DNA from: a virus
Lineage: Duplodnaviria; Caudoviricetes
Strand: one strand, 5' to 3'
IMG/VR virus record: IMGVR_UViG_3300012942_000085
Coordinates: 1 to 38,334 of that record
DNA: 38,334 nt
Shown: piece after piece, positions 16,853-25,776 of the stretch
How positions within the stretch are numbered: position 1 is the stretch's first letter
Layout: each line of letters opens with the position of its first letter
The notes under the pieces: generated by a model
The model's input: the letters and a program-made list of their open reading frames with translations, nothing else
What the model was told of the DNA's origin: nothing
Database searches by the model: none
Translations under genes and position numbers: made by a program

Positions 16853-17573
16853 CGGCCCCCTCCGACGGCAGGTGGAAAATGTGCTGCGGGTCCTGCTGCG
16901 GGTCCACCTCGTGGAGCAGCGCCGTCAGCGCCTCCGCCACCGCGGCCTCCCGGTACGTGGCGCCGTCGAGCTCCACCAGGTCGATGTCCTTGACGGAGCC
17001 CACCAGCCTTGCGACGACGGCACCCATCGAGTCCAACGGGATGCGGTAGCCGCGCTGGTAGAACTTCAGCACGCGCAGCAGCGACCCGCCGGCGTCCTCG
17101 TTGCGCTTGGGGCTGGTGTACACCAGGCGCCTCGCGGCCAGGTCGGCGTAGAAGTCGGGGTGCGCCGTCGACATCCACTCCGCCCGGTGCGTCGCGGCGT
17201 CGCGGCCCGATCCGCACCACACCACCGACTTGGCCACGGTGAAGTCGAAGCTCTCCGCCAGCTCCTCCGCCGTCGAGTAGGCCCAGCGGTGGATCACCTG
17301 GATGGGGAGCGCCGCGTCCGGCCTGCGCACGGTGTGCGCGTTGGCGCTGGTCCAAACCGTCCCCTTGTCGCCGGCCAGCAGCCTGGCGTACAGCCCGGCG
17401 GTGTCGGCGTCCGGCGCGAACAAGTCGACGTCTTGTGGCTCCTCGTTCGCCACGCACGCCCTGATGAACCCGCCGGCCAGCATCGCGCGCTTGTCCGATT
17501 CCATCAGTTGCACGACGCACTTCGGCGCCCTGCGCAGCACCCAATAAACGTCCCTCTTGCTCAGCTCGCTCAT
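16836..17573 (-). CDS. Pol-beta-superfamily nucleotidyltransferase (CCA/polyA-polymerase head-like)
   Basis: LAGGFIR…DVDLF…IQVI…FDFT. Confidence 0.75.
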   Translation of the reverse strand: MSELSKRDVYWVLRRAPKCVVQLMESDKRAMLAGGFIRACVANEEPQDVDLFAPDADTAGLYARLLAGDKGTVWTSANAHTVRRPDAALPIQVIHRWAYSTAEELAESFDFTVAKSVVWCGSGRDAATHRAEWMSTAHPDFYADLAARRLVYTSPKRNEDAGGSLLRVLKFYQRGYRIPLDSMGAVVARLVGSVKDIDLVELDGATYREAAVAEALTALLHEVDPQQDPQHIFHLPSEGADAQGA

Positions 17574-18100
17574 TTATTTCCTTTCTTCTTTTCAGTTTTC
17601 AGTTTGGTTTTAAGGGCATTGGCGGCTTTCTTTGCCGCGTATTGTTTCTGGGCATTAGCTTTATGGCCCTTGACTTTTGGCTTGGTCTTATAGGCCACCA
17701 GGTAAGCCGCCAATGCCGACAGTATTTTGGGTGAATCGGCCGCGCCGCCGAGGGCTATATTGCAGCCATGGCAGAGCCATCCACGGAACAGGCCACTCTT
17801 ATGGCAATGGTCGTAATGCAGTGAACGGCCCTCATTTGGCTTGCGTTTGCAAACTTCGCAACGACTAGGACGCTTGCGATCCGCCAAGGATTCGTGAACA
17901 CCATCCCGCCATTTCTTATGGTCTACTCTACGTTTTTCCTTGTCTGAAGCAAGGTACAACTTGGCCATTTGTATTTTCCGTTTTTCAGAGTTGGCGCGCG
18001 ACCATTTATTGGCTATGTCGCGCGATGCTTGGCGGTTAGAGGCTACCCAGGCATTGTGGCTGTCGCGTGATTTCTGCTCTTTTGGTGTGAGAGTTTTCAT
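17570..18100 (-). CDS. Endonuclease VII-family homing endonuclease
   Basis: CEVC…DHCH..G.FRGWLCHGCN; AT-rich. Confidence 0.85.
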   Translation of the reverse strand: MKTLTPKEQKSRDSHNAWVASNRQASRDIANKWSRANSEKRKIQMAKLYLASDKEKRRVDHKKWRDGVHESLADRKRPSRCEVCKRKPNEGRSLHYDHCHKSGLFRGWLCHGCNIALGGAADSPKILSALAAYLVAYKTKPKVKGHKANAQKQYAAKKAANALKTKLKTEKKKGNK

Positions 18101-20013
18101 ACTGTGAACTTTTCCAATTGCCCCCATGATGGTCCGATCTCACTGTCAGACTTCATAACGAGCGGTTTGATATCCACCGAGGCGATGCACTCTTTTAGCA
18201 CCTTCATCTCTTGTCTGGCGCCTTTGTCGGACATGGGCAGGTTGACATCTACCTCATCGTATACCGTGGTAATCATGTTCTCGGTCCGCTTAGGATGGTC
18301 GTTGTACCGACACAATACTTCCTTCGTAAAATCAGCTCCGCTCCCCTGGCAAAGATAGTTTATGAGCCGGTATGTGAAGGTCATATTGCGCCCGAACTTC
18401 TCCATATACCGCGGGGGTTCCACGTAGTACAGGCGGCCTCCCAACGTCCGCATGGGTTCACCGTTATTTGACAGCTCCTTCAGCGCATTGTCGAGCTCCT
18501 TGATGGACGGCAGGGCGGTGTTGAGGCCGCGCTGGATGATTTGTGCCACGTTCTTCTCATCCTCCGCGAGGTTGAGCAACTGCATCAGGCCGGTCAGGCC
18601 TTGGCCATAGAGCCGCGCGAACACGACGCCCTTGGCGCTGTCTCGGTCGAATGAGTCCCGCAGGCCGGCCTCCCGCAATTGACGCTCGACCTCTGCCCGC
18701 ACTAGTTCATGCATGTCGAATTTGGGATCATCAAGGAATCCCTGCATCACGACGGAGTCTTCAAAGTATGCGAACAGCATGACTTCCTGCTGTGTTAAGT
18801 CGGCGCGACCCCACCTTTTGCCAGTCTCCGGCAAGGCGTAGGTGCGCACGAATGGCAGCTCCGGAACCTTCAAAAAAGAAGGATGCTTGTAGCCAAGCGC
18901 CGCCGCTTTCTTGAACTTCTTTGGAAGGTTCAATAAGTTGGGCTTGGTGCAGATAATCCGACCTGACCGCGCGCCGTTCATATCGGCGCCTCCTCCGCCC
19001 GCCTTCACTTGGCGCCATACCGGAAAGATGTGGTCACCCTCTCCCGCCAGCTCCAACCAAGGCTCCATAAATGTCTCGGTGCACGTACCCAGCTGAGCCT
19101 TGTAGGTCATTACTTGGTATACTTGCTTGTCGCTGAAAAGATCGATGGTAAGCTGCTTCTTGCCGACGCCGCGCTGACCCTTGGCGGTCAGTTTGAAGTT
19201 TGAGACGATGCCTTTGTCGAACAAGGCATCCCCCAATTGCTTGGGACTGTTCATGTTGATGTCGCCAAGCCTCCTCCGCAGCCAGGCATCGGCCCGCTCC
19301 ATGGCGGCTTTGAATACGGGAATGTCTTTCTCTAATCTGTCGACATCTACCCGCATGCCGCGCCGAGAGTTGGCCAAGAGTACCGGCATGAGCCGCTGCT
19401 CGCGCTGGTAGGCCTCCTCCATGCCAACCTCCACGACGCGCGGCCACAGCCAGTTGAACAGTCCAATGGTGCGCGTCAGGTCGCCCTTGTGGTAGGGGCG
19501 CACGATCTGGTACGGCGCCTTCCAGATGTAGGCACTGGCCGTCGACGGCTTGCGCTTTGCCTCAGGCACGTTGGCCACAATCCACTCATGCATCTTGTCT
19601 TGTTCTTCAGGCGGCGTTCCGAGCAGTTCTTCGGCAGCCGACTTCAATGCAAGTGATTGCGAGTGCGGATCATTGAGAAACAAGAGAAACATGGTATCAT
19701 GGGTGTCGCGCGGGTCGTCCTTCAAGGGAATTTCCCAGTGCGTCTCGGCGACATCGGTATCAAACATAGCATTGTGGAACAAAAGACCGTACCTGCTGTC
19801 GCGCGCCTTTTTATACTCGGCGCGTGCCTCCTTCTCTGTGCAGTTGTTGCCGAATGCTTTGGTGCCGTCCCCATGGCCCCATGCGAGCAGCTGGTAGTCC
19901 TTGCGGTCCGGCCACTTGAGGGCCAGGCTGACCGGTTTCGGCGGGAACTTTGGCCGCGCTTCTATGCCGTGCGTCTCAAAGTCGATCGTGATGACAGGCG
20001 GTGCTTTCTTCAA
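18097..20013 (-). CDS. polA: Family A DNA polymerase with 3'-5' exonuclease
   Basis: DFET, HNAMFD, YHKGD; motif A DLTQQE, motif B R..AK…F..LYG, motif C VYDE; TTG start with GGAG RBS. Confidence 0.92.
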   Translation of the reverse strand: MKKAPPVITIDFETHGIEARPKFPPKPVSLALKWPDRKDYQLLAWGHGDGTKAFGNNCTEKEARAEYKKARDSRYGLLFHNAMFDTDVAETHWEIPLKDDPRDTHDTMFLLFLNDPHSQSLALKSAAEELLGTPPEEQDKMHEWIVANVPEAKRKPSTASAYIWKAPYQIVRPYHKGDLTRTIGLFNWLWPRVVEVGMEEAYQREQRLMPVLLANSRRGMRVDVDRLEKDIPVFKAAMERADAWLRRRLGDINMNSPKQLGDALFDKGIVSNFKLTAKGQRGVGKKQLTIDLFSDKQVYQVMTYKAQLGTCTETFMEPWLELAGEGDHIFPVWRQVKAGGGGADMNGARSGRIICTKPNLLNLPKKFKKAAALGYKHPSFLKVPELPFVRTYALPETGKRWGRADLTQQEVMLFAYFEDSVVMQGFLDDPKFDMHELVRAEVERQLREAGLRDSFDRDSAKGVVFARLYGQGLTGLMQLLNLAEDEKNVAQIIQRGLNTALPSIKELDNALKELSNNGEPMRTLGGRLYYVEPPRYMEKFGRNMTFTYRLINYLCQGSGADFTKEVLCRYNDHPKRTENMITTVYDEVDVNLPMSDKGARQEMKVLKECIASVDIKPLVMKSDSEIGPSWGQLEKFTV

Positions 20014-20117
20014 CGTGGTCTCCGCGTGAGAACTGTGAATGGGAGGAGGATGACCGCCGCGGCGCCAAGACAGCACCACATGAACACTTTTGGTAAAGCT
20101 AGTATGAATCTCGCCAC
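20010..20117 (-). CDS. 35-aa hydrophobic peptide coupled to the polymerase start
   Basis: GGAG-GTG start; TTGA overlap. Confidence 0.4.
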   Translation of the reverse strand: MARFILALPKVFMWCCLGAAAVILLPFTVLTRRPR

Positions 20118-20214
20118 GTCGCGCTCCAAATTACGGCATGCGCTCGCGCACGGCATGCCAGCGTGCTGAAGCCGCGGTCCCAGCTTCTATCCGGGCCGCG
20201 GTGCGATTCAAGGT

Positions 20215-20247
20215 AAAAAGTAGGGCCGGTGAGACTTCGCCGGCCCT
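20215..20247 (-). terminator. Intrinsic terminator
   Basis: agggccgg…ccggccct stem followed by ACTTTTT on the minus strand. Confidence 0.75.
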
Positions 20248-20259
20248 TTGCAGAAAGGC

Positions 20260-21087
20260 CTACCGCTTGCCGGCCGCCTTCTTGCCGGCGAACCGTTGCG
20301 ACCCTCCGGCCTTCGCCTTGCTGGCCGGCGCCTTGGCGCGCTCGATCGGCGCCGAGAACGGCTTTTGCAGGAAATCCTGTACCTTGAGGAACCGCTTCTC
20401 GAGCGCCGTCAGCACGTCATCATCCTCGATGAGCGACACCATGCGGAACTCGAGCCTGATCTGCGTCTTGTCGTCGTGGTGGCTCTGCACCTCGGTCACG
20501 ACGGCCCAGGGCGGGCGCCCGTGCTCCTCGAGCAGCGTGTCGACGTACTCGGAGTAATACTTGCGGTTGGTGGGGCTGACGCTCGCGGTGGCCAGCTCCG
20601 CCGCGGCCACCGACTCGGCGTCGGATGCGTCCTCGCCGGTGAGCAGCGCCAGCCGGATGGTGTTGCCGCACGCCTTGCCGCGCCCGGTATTGGCCGTGCC
20701 GAACTGGTTCTTCTCGCAGTCGGCGCACTTCGCCGACTGCTTGTCGGAGGCCTGCGCGTGCGGCGCCATGTCGGGGTCGTCGCTGATGACGGCGAGCGCG
20801 TAGCAGTCCGGCGGCTGCCGGTCGTCCGGGTTGTACTGGGTCTTGTACCACTTGTTCAGCGCGCAGCTGCCGACCACCACGCACTCCATCTTGCCGCTCT
20901 TGATGACGCTGCCGGCCACGGTGATGGTGCCGTGGCCGAAGCTCACGCTCACGCCGCCGCCGGTGCCGACGTTGGCCACCTGCTCCTTCGACTCCTTCGC
21001 GTACTTCGAGAACTTCTCGTCCCACCGCACGATCGCGGTGCCCGCCTTGCCCGCCGACTTCGCGGGCGCCTTCTTCGCCGTTGCCAT
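20260..21087 (-). CDS. Conserved phage replication protein, putative ssDNA-binding/annealing
   Basis: PDCY…CADC..NQFG…GKAC; position next to the polymerase; followed by its own terminator. Confidence 0.55.
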   Translation of the reverse strand: MATAKKAPAKSAGKAGTAIVRWDEKFSKYAKESKEQVANVGTGGGVSVSFGHGTITVAGSVIKSGKMECVVVGSCALNKWYKTQYNPDDRQPPDCYALAVISDDPDMAPHAQASDKQSAKCADCEKNQFGTANTGRGKACGNTIRLALLTGEDASDAESVAAAELATASVSPTNRKYYSEYVDTLLEEHGRPPWAVVTEVQSHHDDKTQIRLEFRMVSLIEDDDVLTALEKRFLKVQDFLQKPFSAPIERAKAPASKAKAGGSQRFAGKKAAGKR

Positions 21088-21161
21088 TTTATTCGTCTCC
21101 TCGCGGTTTCAAACTTCGTTGCGGTCATGGACCCGGGACGACTCCCCTGGCCCGCCTAGAT

Positions 21162-21416
21162 TCAATCCCCTCCGGCCGCCAGCCTGCGCGCGGCATAGGC
21201 CTTCCGGCTGTCCGGCCCCTCCATGGCGGCCATGCGCTCCAGCAGCAGGCGCCTCCCCCCCGCCGTGGCGGCCGCGACCAGCTCGCAGTCGGCGACCTTG
21301 GCCGAGCTTTCAGGCCAGCCGCAGCAGACGAGGTGCTCGCCGCCGGCCGCCACGTACGCCACCAGCCACGTCTCGCCCGTGGGCCTGTGCAGGACGGCGT
21401 CCCCGGTGTCGATCAC
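21162..21416 (-). CDS. Hypothetical protein
   Basis: GD.VLHRPTGETW…CGWP; GTGA-coupled. Confidence 0.65.
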   Translation of the reverse strand: MIDTGDAVLHRPTGETWLVAYVAAGGEHLVCCGWPESSAKVADCELVAAATAGGRRLLLERMAAMEGPDSRKAYAARRLAAGGD

Positions 21417-21922
21417 CGGCCGGCCAGCTTCGTCACGCTCACCTTCTTTTGGTGGAACCTGCCGATTCCCGGCACCTGCTTTTTGGAGTCCCAGCGCTCT
21501 TGGATGGACAGCCGGTTGGGCGCGCGGTTGAGCAGCTCGAACTCCTTGGTCTTGGCGATGTGCGCGTAGAACTTGGCCCAATCCTCCACCACCGGCACCA
21601 CGCTCTCCGTCACCTGCACGCGGGACCTCCCGCCCTGCACCCCGCTGGCCTCCCCGACGGCGAGCTTCTGCACGAAGAACTCCTCGGTGGACTTCACGGA
21701 CGGCAGCAGCAGGTCGTCGAACGGCGCGGTCAGCGCGTTGAGCACCTTGGTGAGCTGCTTGAGGTCGTAGAGCGAGTCGGCCACCGCCCCGATGGGCAGC
21801 GACTCGGCGCTGAACTTCTCCAGTATCCTGCCCAGCCGCTTGACGGCCGGGGCGAGCGCCTTGGACGCGGCCGCGACCTCGGCGGAGACGCCCAGGTCGG
21901 GCGCTGACTTCTTGGTTGCCAT
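21413..21922 (-). CDS. Conserved phage hypothetical protein
   Basis: PVVEDWAKFY..I…LL…VPGI; GCGGTACAAT -10 at ~21948-21957. Confidence 0.7.
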   Translation of the reverse strand: MATKKSAPDLGVSAEVAAASKALAPAVKRLGRILEKFSAESLPIGAVADSLYDLKQLTKVLNALTAPFDDLLLPSVKSTEEFFVQKLAVGEASGVQGGRSRVQVTESVVPVVEDWAKFYAHIAKTKEFELLNRAPNRLSIQERWDSKKQVPGIGRFHQKKVSVTKLAGR

Positions 21923-21986
21923 ATTTTCTCCCGTTTCAAAACCTGGTATTGTACCGCAATTTTGTCATTTTCCGTATGGTTTAATT

Positions 21987-22196
21987 TTACGACGGACGCG
22001 CCGGCCCCGTAAGCCCCGGTTGCGGGGCCTTCCACGCCCTTCCGATGCGCGTGTTCGGGCTGCGCTCGTCCTTGACCACCTGGGCCTGGTGGACGCCCGC
22101 CAGCCTGTCCAGCGTCGGGCCGACTACCAGCAGCACGTCCGCCGCCGGGACCTCCCACGGCACCTCCACCTCCAAGGTGACGCGGCGCACCCTCAC
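21987..22196 (-). CDS. Hypothetical protein
   Basis: GTGA-coupled to the ligase stop. Confidence 0.45.
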   Translation of the reverse strand: MRVRRVTLEVEVPWEVPAADVLLVVGPTLDRLAGVHQAQVVKDERSPNTRIGRAWKAPQPGLTGPARPS

Positions 22197-23152
22197 AGGT
22201 CCCTCTCGTCGCGGAACCCCAAGAATATTGGTATGCGGGGCCTCTCCATGGTGCCCACCTTTTGGTAGCGCAATTTTATGACCTTGCCGGTAAGCGATTT
22301 GCGGCGCGCCCACAGTTCGGCGCGCACGGCATCGGTGAGGCCCATTCCGGTGCCGATGTTGAACTGCCTCAGGCAGTGGCCGGTCCGGTCGCGGAGGCAC
22401 GCCTCGCAGGCGCAGGCGAGTGGTCTGACGGTGAACCCGCCCAGCGTCCCCTTGCCGACCTTGCCGGCCTTGTGGGAGCTGCGCCTCATCTTGCCAAGCT
22501 CGTTCAATTCCTTGGCGTTGGTGTTCTCCTCTTGTTCATATGTGTCGAGAATGACAGCCTCGGCGTCCACGAAGCGTTTCACCGCAATGAGGCCGCCCTC
22601 CTTCAGCGTAGAGCGGCCTTGCTTATACCGACCTTCAGGGTCACGACGCATCACGCCTTCGTAGCCCAGCTTGATCTTCTTTGTCTCGTACTTCAACGCC
22701 GCCGTGTTAGTAGTCATCAAAGAGTGCTTCACCAACTCCACCTTGCAGTCGCACAACGCCGCGGCGATGCAGGCCTCCGCATCCTCCAGACGCAGATAAA
22801 ACGACGTACCCTCCAGCAGCCGGTCGAACACGTGGAACACCGCGTCCTTCATGGGCTTGTCGCGGCTCATGACCACACTGGTGGAGCGGTTGAAGCAGTC
22901 CGCCGCTGTCGGCGAACCGACGATGATCTCGCCATCCAGCCCCTCTAGCTCTGGTCTTCCCCACAGTGCCTGCATTTCCTTGTTTGGGATGAGTTTCAAT
23001 GAACGGCTGTACAGTCTTCCATTCTGCACCATAGCGCGTATGCCGTCCAGCTTAGGGGAATACAGCGCCGGATATGGTAGCACCGCGAGCACGGCGTCCA
23101 GGTCCTCCGGTTTCGGCTTGGCGGCCAGCATGGGCTTCCAGAGTTTGCTCAT
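22193..23152 (-). CDS. lig: ATP-dependent DNA ligase
   Basis: PMLA, KLDGIR, DGEI, FD, EGVM, K; C-terminal OB domain GTG…RIPIF. Confidence 0.93.
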   Translation of the reverse strand: MSKLWKPMLAAKPKPEDLDAVLAVLPYPALYSPKLDGIRAMVQNGRLYSRSLKLIPNKEMQALWGRPELEGLDGEIIVGSPTAADCFNRSTSVVMSRDKPMKDAVFHVFDRLLEGTSFYLRLEDAEACIAAALCDCKVELVKHSLMTTNTAALKYETKKIKLGYEGVMRRDPEGRYKQGRSTLKEGGLIAVKRFVDAEAVILDTYEQEENTNAKELNELGKMRRSSHKAGKVGKGTLGGFTVRPLACACEACLRDRTGHCLRQFNIGTGMGLTDAVRAELWARRKSLTGKVIKLRYQKVGTMERPRIPIFLGFRDERDL

Positions 23153-23299
23153 AGTGCCACCGCCTCCCTCTTTAGAATCCACACCACGCCCTCGCCTGGC
23201 ACGGCAACCGCGTACTCCGTGGCCGTAATGGCCAGGATGCGACCGTGGACCACGCCATCCACCAAGCTCTCGAATAGCACGCGGCCTCCCACCTTAAAT

Positions 23300-23644
23300 T
23301 TAGGCATTCGGCGCCGCCTCCACCGCTTCTCCGGTAGACATCTTCACCGCCCCGCCCGACTCGGCGAACGCGGCGTTGAGCTCGCACTTGTCGAGCAGCC
23401 GGTCGCGGAACTCGATGGGAGGCAGCAGGCCTTCTTCGATCCGCATGGCGAGCATCTCGCCCTTCGGGGCGAGACCCAGGTCGCCCACGCGGATGCGCGC
23501 CGTGATCGGGCCGAACGCCCGCACGACGATCGCGCCGTGGAAGACGGAGTCGGCGAACGACAGGTACCACCAAGCCTCCTCGCCGCTCTCGCGCTCCTCT
23601 TGGGCCTTCAGCGCCAGCTTCAACAAAAACTCAAGATCTTGCAT
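23300..23644 (-). CDS. Hypothetical protein
   Basis: GGAGGCGGAG RBS. Confidence 0.65.
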   Translation of the reverse strand: MQDLEFLLKLALKAQEERESGEEAWWYLSFADSVFHGAIVVRAFGPITARIRVGDLGLAPKGEMLAMRIEEGLLPPIEFRDRLLDKCELNAAFAESGGAVKMSTGEAVEAAPNA

Positions 23645-23798
23645 TCTCCGCCTCCAGGATGCGTAGTTCGACCGCCGCGTAGTCGGCCGTGAGATAGCTA
23701 CGCGCCGTTTCCAGACTTCGCCGGTGCTCCGCCACCAGCTGCGTGATCTGCTCGTGGAATGCGCTCTTGGGCACTGGTATGTTTTGTAGGTCAGGCAT
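23631..23798 (-). CDS. 55-aa mini-protein made of PolA motifs (PDLQNIP … LTADYAAVELRIL)
   Basis: Translated by hand (below the ORF-track cutoff); GGAGG RBS 6 nt upstream; overlaps both neighbours. Confidence 0.75.
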   Translation of the reverse strand: MPDLQNIPVPKSAFHEQITQLVAEHRRSLETARSYLTADYAAVELRILEAENARS

Positions 23799-23967
23799 TC
23801 ACCGCCTCCGTGTGTCCGTAAAACTCCGCCTCGTCTGGTCTCACAATGACGCCGCCGTAGCCGCGCGCGGCGCCGCACTCACATGTCAGTATAAGAAATT
23901 GAACACCCTGCACTACGGTGTGTCCGTGAGAAATATCGCTGTCAAACACGTGCCTATGCGCCTCCAT
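23791..23967 (-). CDS. 58-aa hypothetical protein (HRH…CECG)
   Basis: Translated by hand. Confidence 0.5.
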   Translation of the reverse strand: MEAHRHVFDSDISHGHTVVQGVQFLILTCECGAARGYGGVIVRPDEAEFYGHTEAVNA

Positions 23968-24117
23968 CTTTACCGCCCTTCTTCGTAAGGGCCACCAGGA
24001 CGGCCTTGGCCAAGGTAAGCGCCTGCGCGTCGGTGATGGTCCCGACGCGGCCCGCCCCGAAAATCCAACCTGAACCCGCCGCGAATCTTCGCGAACATGA
24101 ACGCATCCTCCTTCATG

Positions 24118-24306
24118 TCATTCCCCTTTCTTCTTGCCCGGCCTGAACTTCCGCGGCTTCTTGCCGAGCGTCCACTTGAACCGCGCGCCCTTGACGTCGT
24201 GGCGCTTGTGGCGCGCGAGCACCTTGCGCCGCATGTCCGGCGCCGCCTGCGCCACGAACTCCCAGTCGTCCTTCGCGGGGTACCATCGCCACAGGGTCTG
24301 GTTCAT
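24118..24306 (-). CDS. Basic hypothetical protein
   Basis: GGAGG RBS. Confidence 0.6.
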   Translation of the reverse strand: MNQTLWRWYPAKDDWEFVAQAAPDMRRKVLARHKRHDVKGARFKWTLGKKPRKFRPGKKKGE

Positions 24307-24500
24307 CCGCGCCTCCCGGCCCACCAGGCCGCCATTCTCGCGCCGTACCGCGTCCGGGTGCGCGGGCCGGCGGGGTAGTACGACGTCGCCCCGTCGCGCC
24401 AGTCGAGGTAGTCGGTGGCGCGGCAGAGCACCACCCAGCCCAGCGAACCGATGGGCACCCGCAGCCTGAGACGGCGCAGCAGCTTCGCGTCCTCCCTCAC
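24303..24500 (-). CDS. Hypothetical protein
   Basis: GTGA-coupled. Confidence 0.5.
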   Translation of the reverse strand: MREDAKLLRRLRLRVPIGSLGWVVLCRATDYLDWRDGATSYYPAGPRTRTRYGARMAAWWAGRRG

Positions 24501-24652
24501 ATTGCCTCCGCGTATACGATCATACATAAGCACCAAACCAATACGAAAAATCCGCACACAAGTCTCAACGGCAGGTCCCAACCGTCGTTCAAGCTGAGCG
24601 CCAGCAGCCCGCAAAAAATTGCTCCGACCACCAATCGATAAACGTGTTTCAC
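24497..24652 (-). CDS. Small two-helix membrane protein
   Basis: Two hydrophobic segments; GGAGGAG RBS. Confidence 0.55.
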   Translation of the reverse strand: MKHVYRLVVGAIFCGLLALSLNDGWDLPLRLVCGFFVLVWCLCMIVYAEAM

Positions 24653-25500
24653 AGCTCCTCCAGACTCTTCACCCGGAATCCGGCCGCATTGCGGTGACCT
24701 CCGCCGCCGTAGCACTTGGCCACCTCGCTCACGTCCGCGCCAGCGCCACGGCTACGCAGGCTGAACACGAACCAGCCGTCCGCGTCCTGGTAGTACGTGG
24801 CGGCGAACGAAGCATCCTCCGCCATGAACCCGGCGGCGTCGCTGGCCAGCATGTACGGCAAGTTGGCGCACGGCGTGAAGTACGGGTGCTCCGCCCAGCA
24901 CTTGGTAAACGCCCTGCGGTGCTTGAGCTTCCCAACCAGCTCCTTGACGTCTTTGGCCTGCTTGCGCTCGATGGCCTCGCCAGCGGCCTCGTACTCTTCA
25001 CGCACGCCAGGACTTTCCAGGTCGAACCGCAATCGGCTCCAAGTATGGAAATCGTAATCATAGCTGAACAATACGGCATTGATCTCCTTACTGTAAGGCA
25101 CCGCAAAGCGCCACAGGTCGCGGTCCTCCACGTAGCGCACCAGTTGCGGCACCGTCTCGCCTGGATGGAACCACTCCCACGCCAGCCTCGCGCCGGACTT
25201 CTCCATGTCGAACTTGCCTTCAATGCCAGATTCAGTACTGGTCAGCAGGTCGCCCAGCTCGGCCGCGGCGGTTTTGTGGTGATCCAGCACCGTGATGCTC
25301 TTGGCTATGTCCGCCATATCGCGCAGCACGTCGCGCTTGTAGCTGAAATCCAGCAGGTAGACGTCGCGGCCAAGGCAGTCGGGCGGCTCCTGGCCGTACA
25401 CTCCGGGCACGAACTCGGCGTCGGGGTGCTTGAGCCAACAGGCCCACGCAGCAGTAAATCCATCTAAACATGGGCTATGAAATATGACTAGAGGATGCAT
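24649..25500 (-). CDS. DHH/DHHA1 phosphoesterase (NrnB-like)
   Basis: H..C.DG, LDFS, DHH, DRDLW, SLRS, GGGH..AAG. Confidence 0.9.
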   Translation of the reverse strand: MHPLVIFHSPCLDGFTAAWACWLKHPDAEFVPGVYGQEPPDCLGRDVYLLDFSYKRDVLRDMADIAKSITVLDHHKTAAAELGDLLTSTESGIEGKFDMEKSGARLAWEWFHPGETVPQLVRYVEDRDLWRFAVPYSKEINAVLFSYDYDFHTWSRLRFDLESPGVREEYEAAGEAIERKQAKDVKELVGKLKHRRAFTKCWAEHPYFTPCANLPYMLASDAAGFMAEDASFAATYYQDADGWFVFSLRSRGAGADVSEVAKCYGGGGHRNAAGFRVKSLEEL

Positions 25501-25563
25501 TCTTCACCTTTTGTTTTCTAGCTTTAAGAGCTTTTACTGCCGTGCCAAAATCAGTAAAATATG

Positions 25564-25592
25564 TTCGATATGCTCAGGCGTTTGCTTATAAC
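25564..25592 (+). promoter_or_regulatory. Putative plus-strand (antisense) promoter
   Basis: AAAATATG-TTCGAT-N17-TATAAC; resembles the early promoter repeat. Confidence 0.45.
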
Positions 25593-25599
25593 CTTTCTT

Positions 25600-25775
25600 C
25601 TGCCCCAATAGGGTTTCTCCTGTACAGCCATCCCCGCGCCTTTCCAGTCACTCGGACGGGAAAGGGACCGCCTGCGGTCCGATTCGTCTCTCAAGAATCG
25701 GCAGAACAGGAAAGGCGCGGGGATGGGCGTGCAGAAGCTTCAAGGCGCCAAGCCCTTGCTTCTTGGCGCCTTCTT
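25600..25775 (+). ncRNA. Candidate structured non-coding RNA
   Basis: Perfect 18-bp stem (25628-25645/25709-25726) enclosing several hairpins, then an 11-bp hairpin; no credible ORF. Confidence 0.5.
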
Positions 25776-25776
25776 G

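Noticed and set aside
12313-18100. Introns or inteins in helicase or polymerase
   Set aside because: Both genes are continuous with all motifs present; the endonucleases are free-standing
25628-25726. Hairpin or hammerhead ribozyme, or tRNA
   Set aside because: AGTC and AGAA are present but their flanks do not pair as required; no CUGANGA/GAAA core; no T-loop/anticodon cloverleaf
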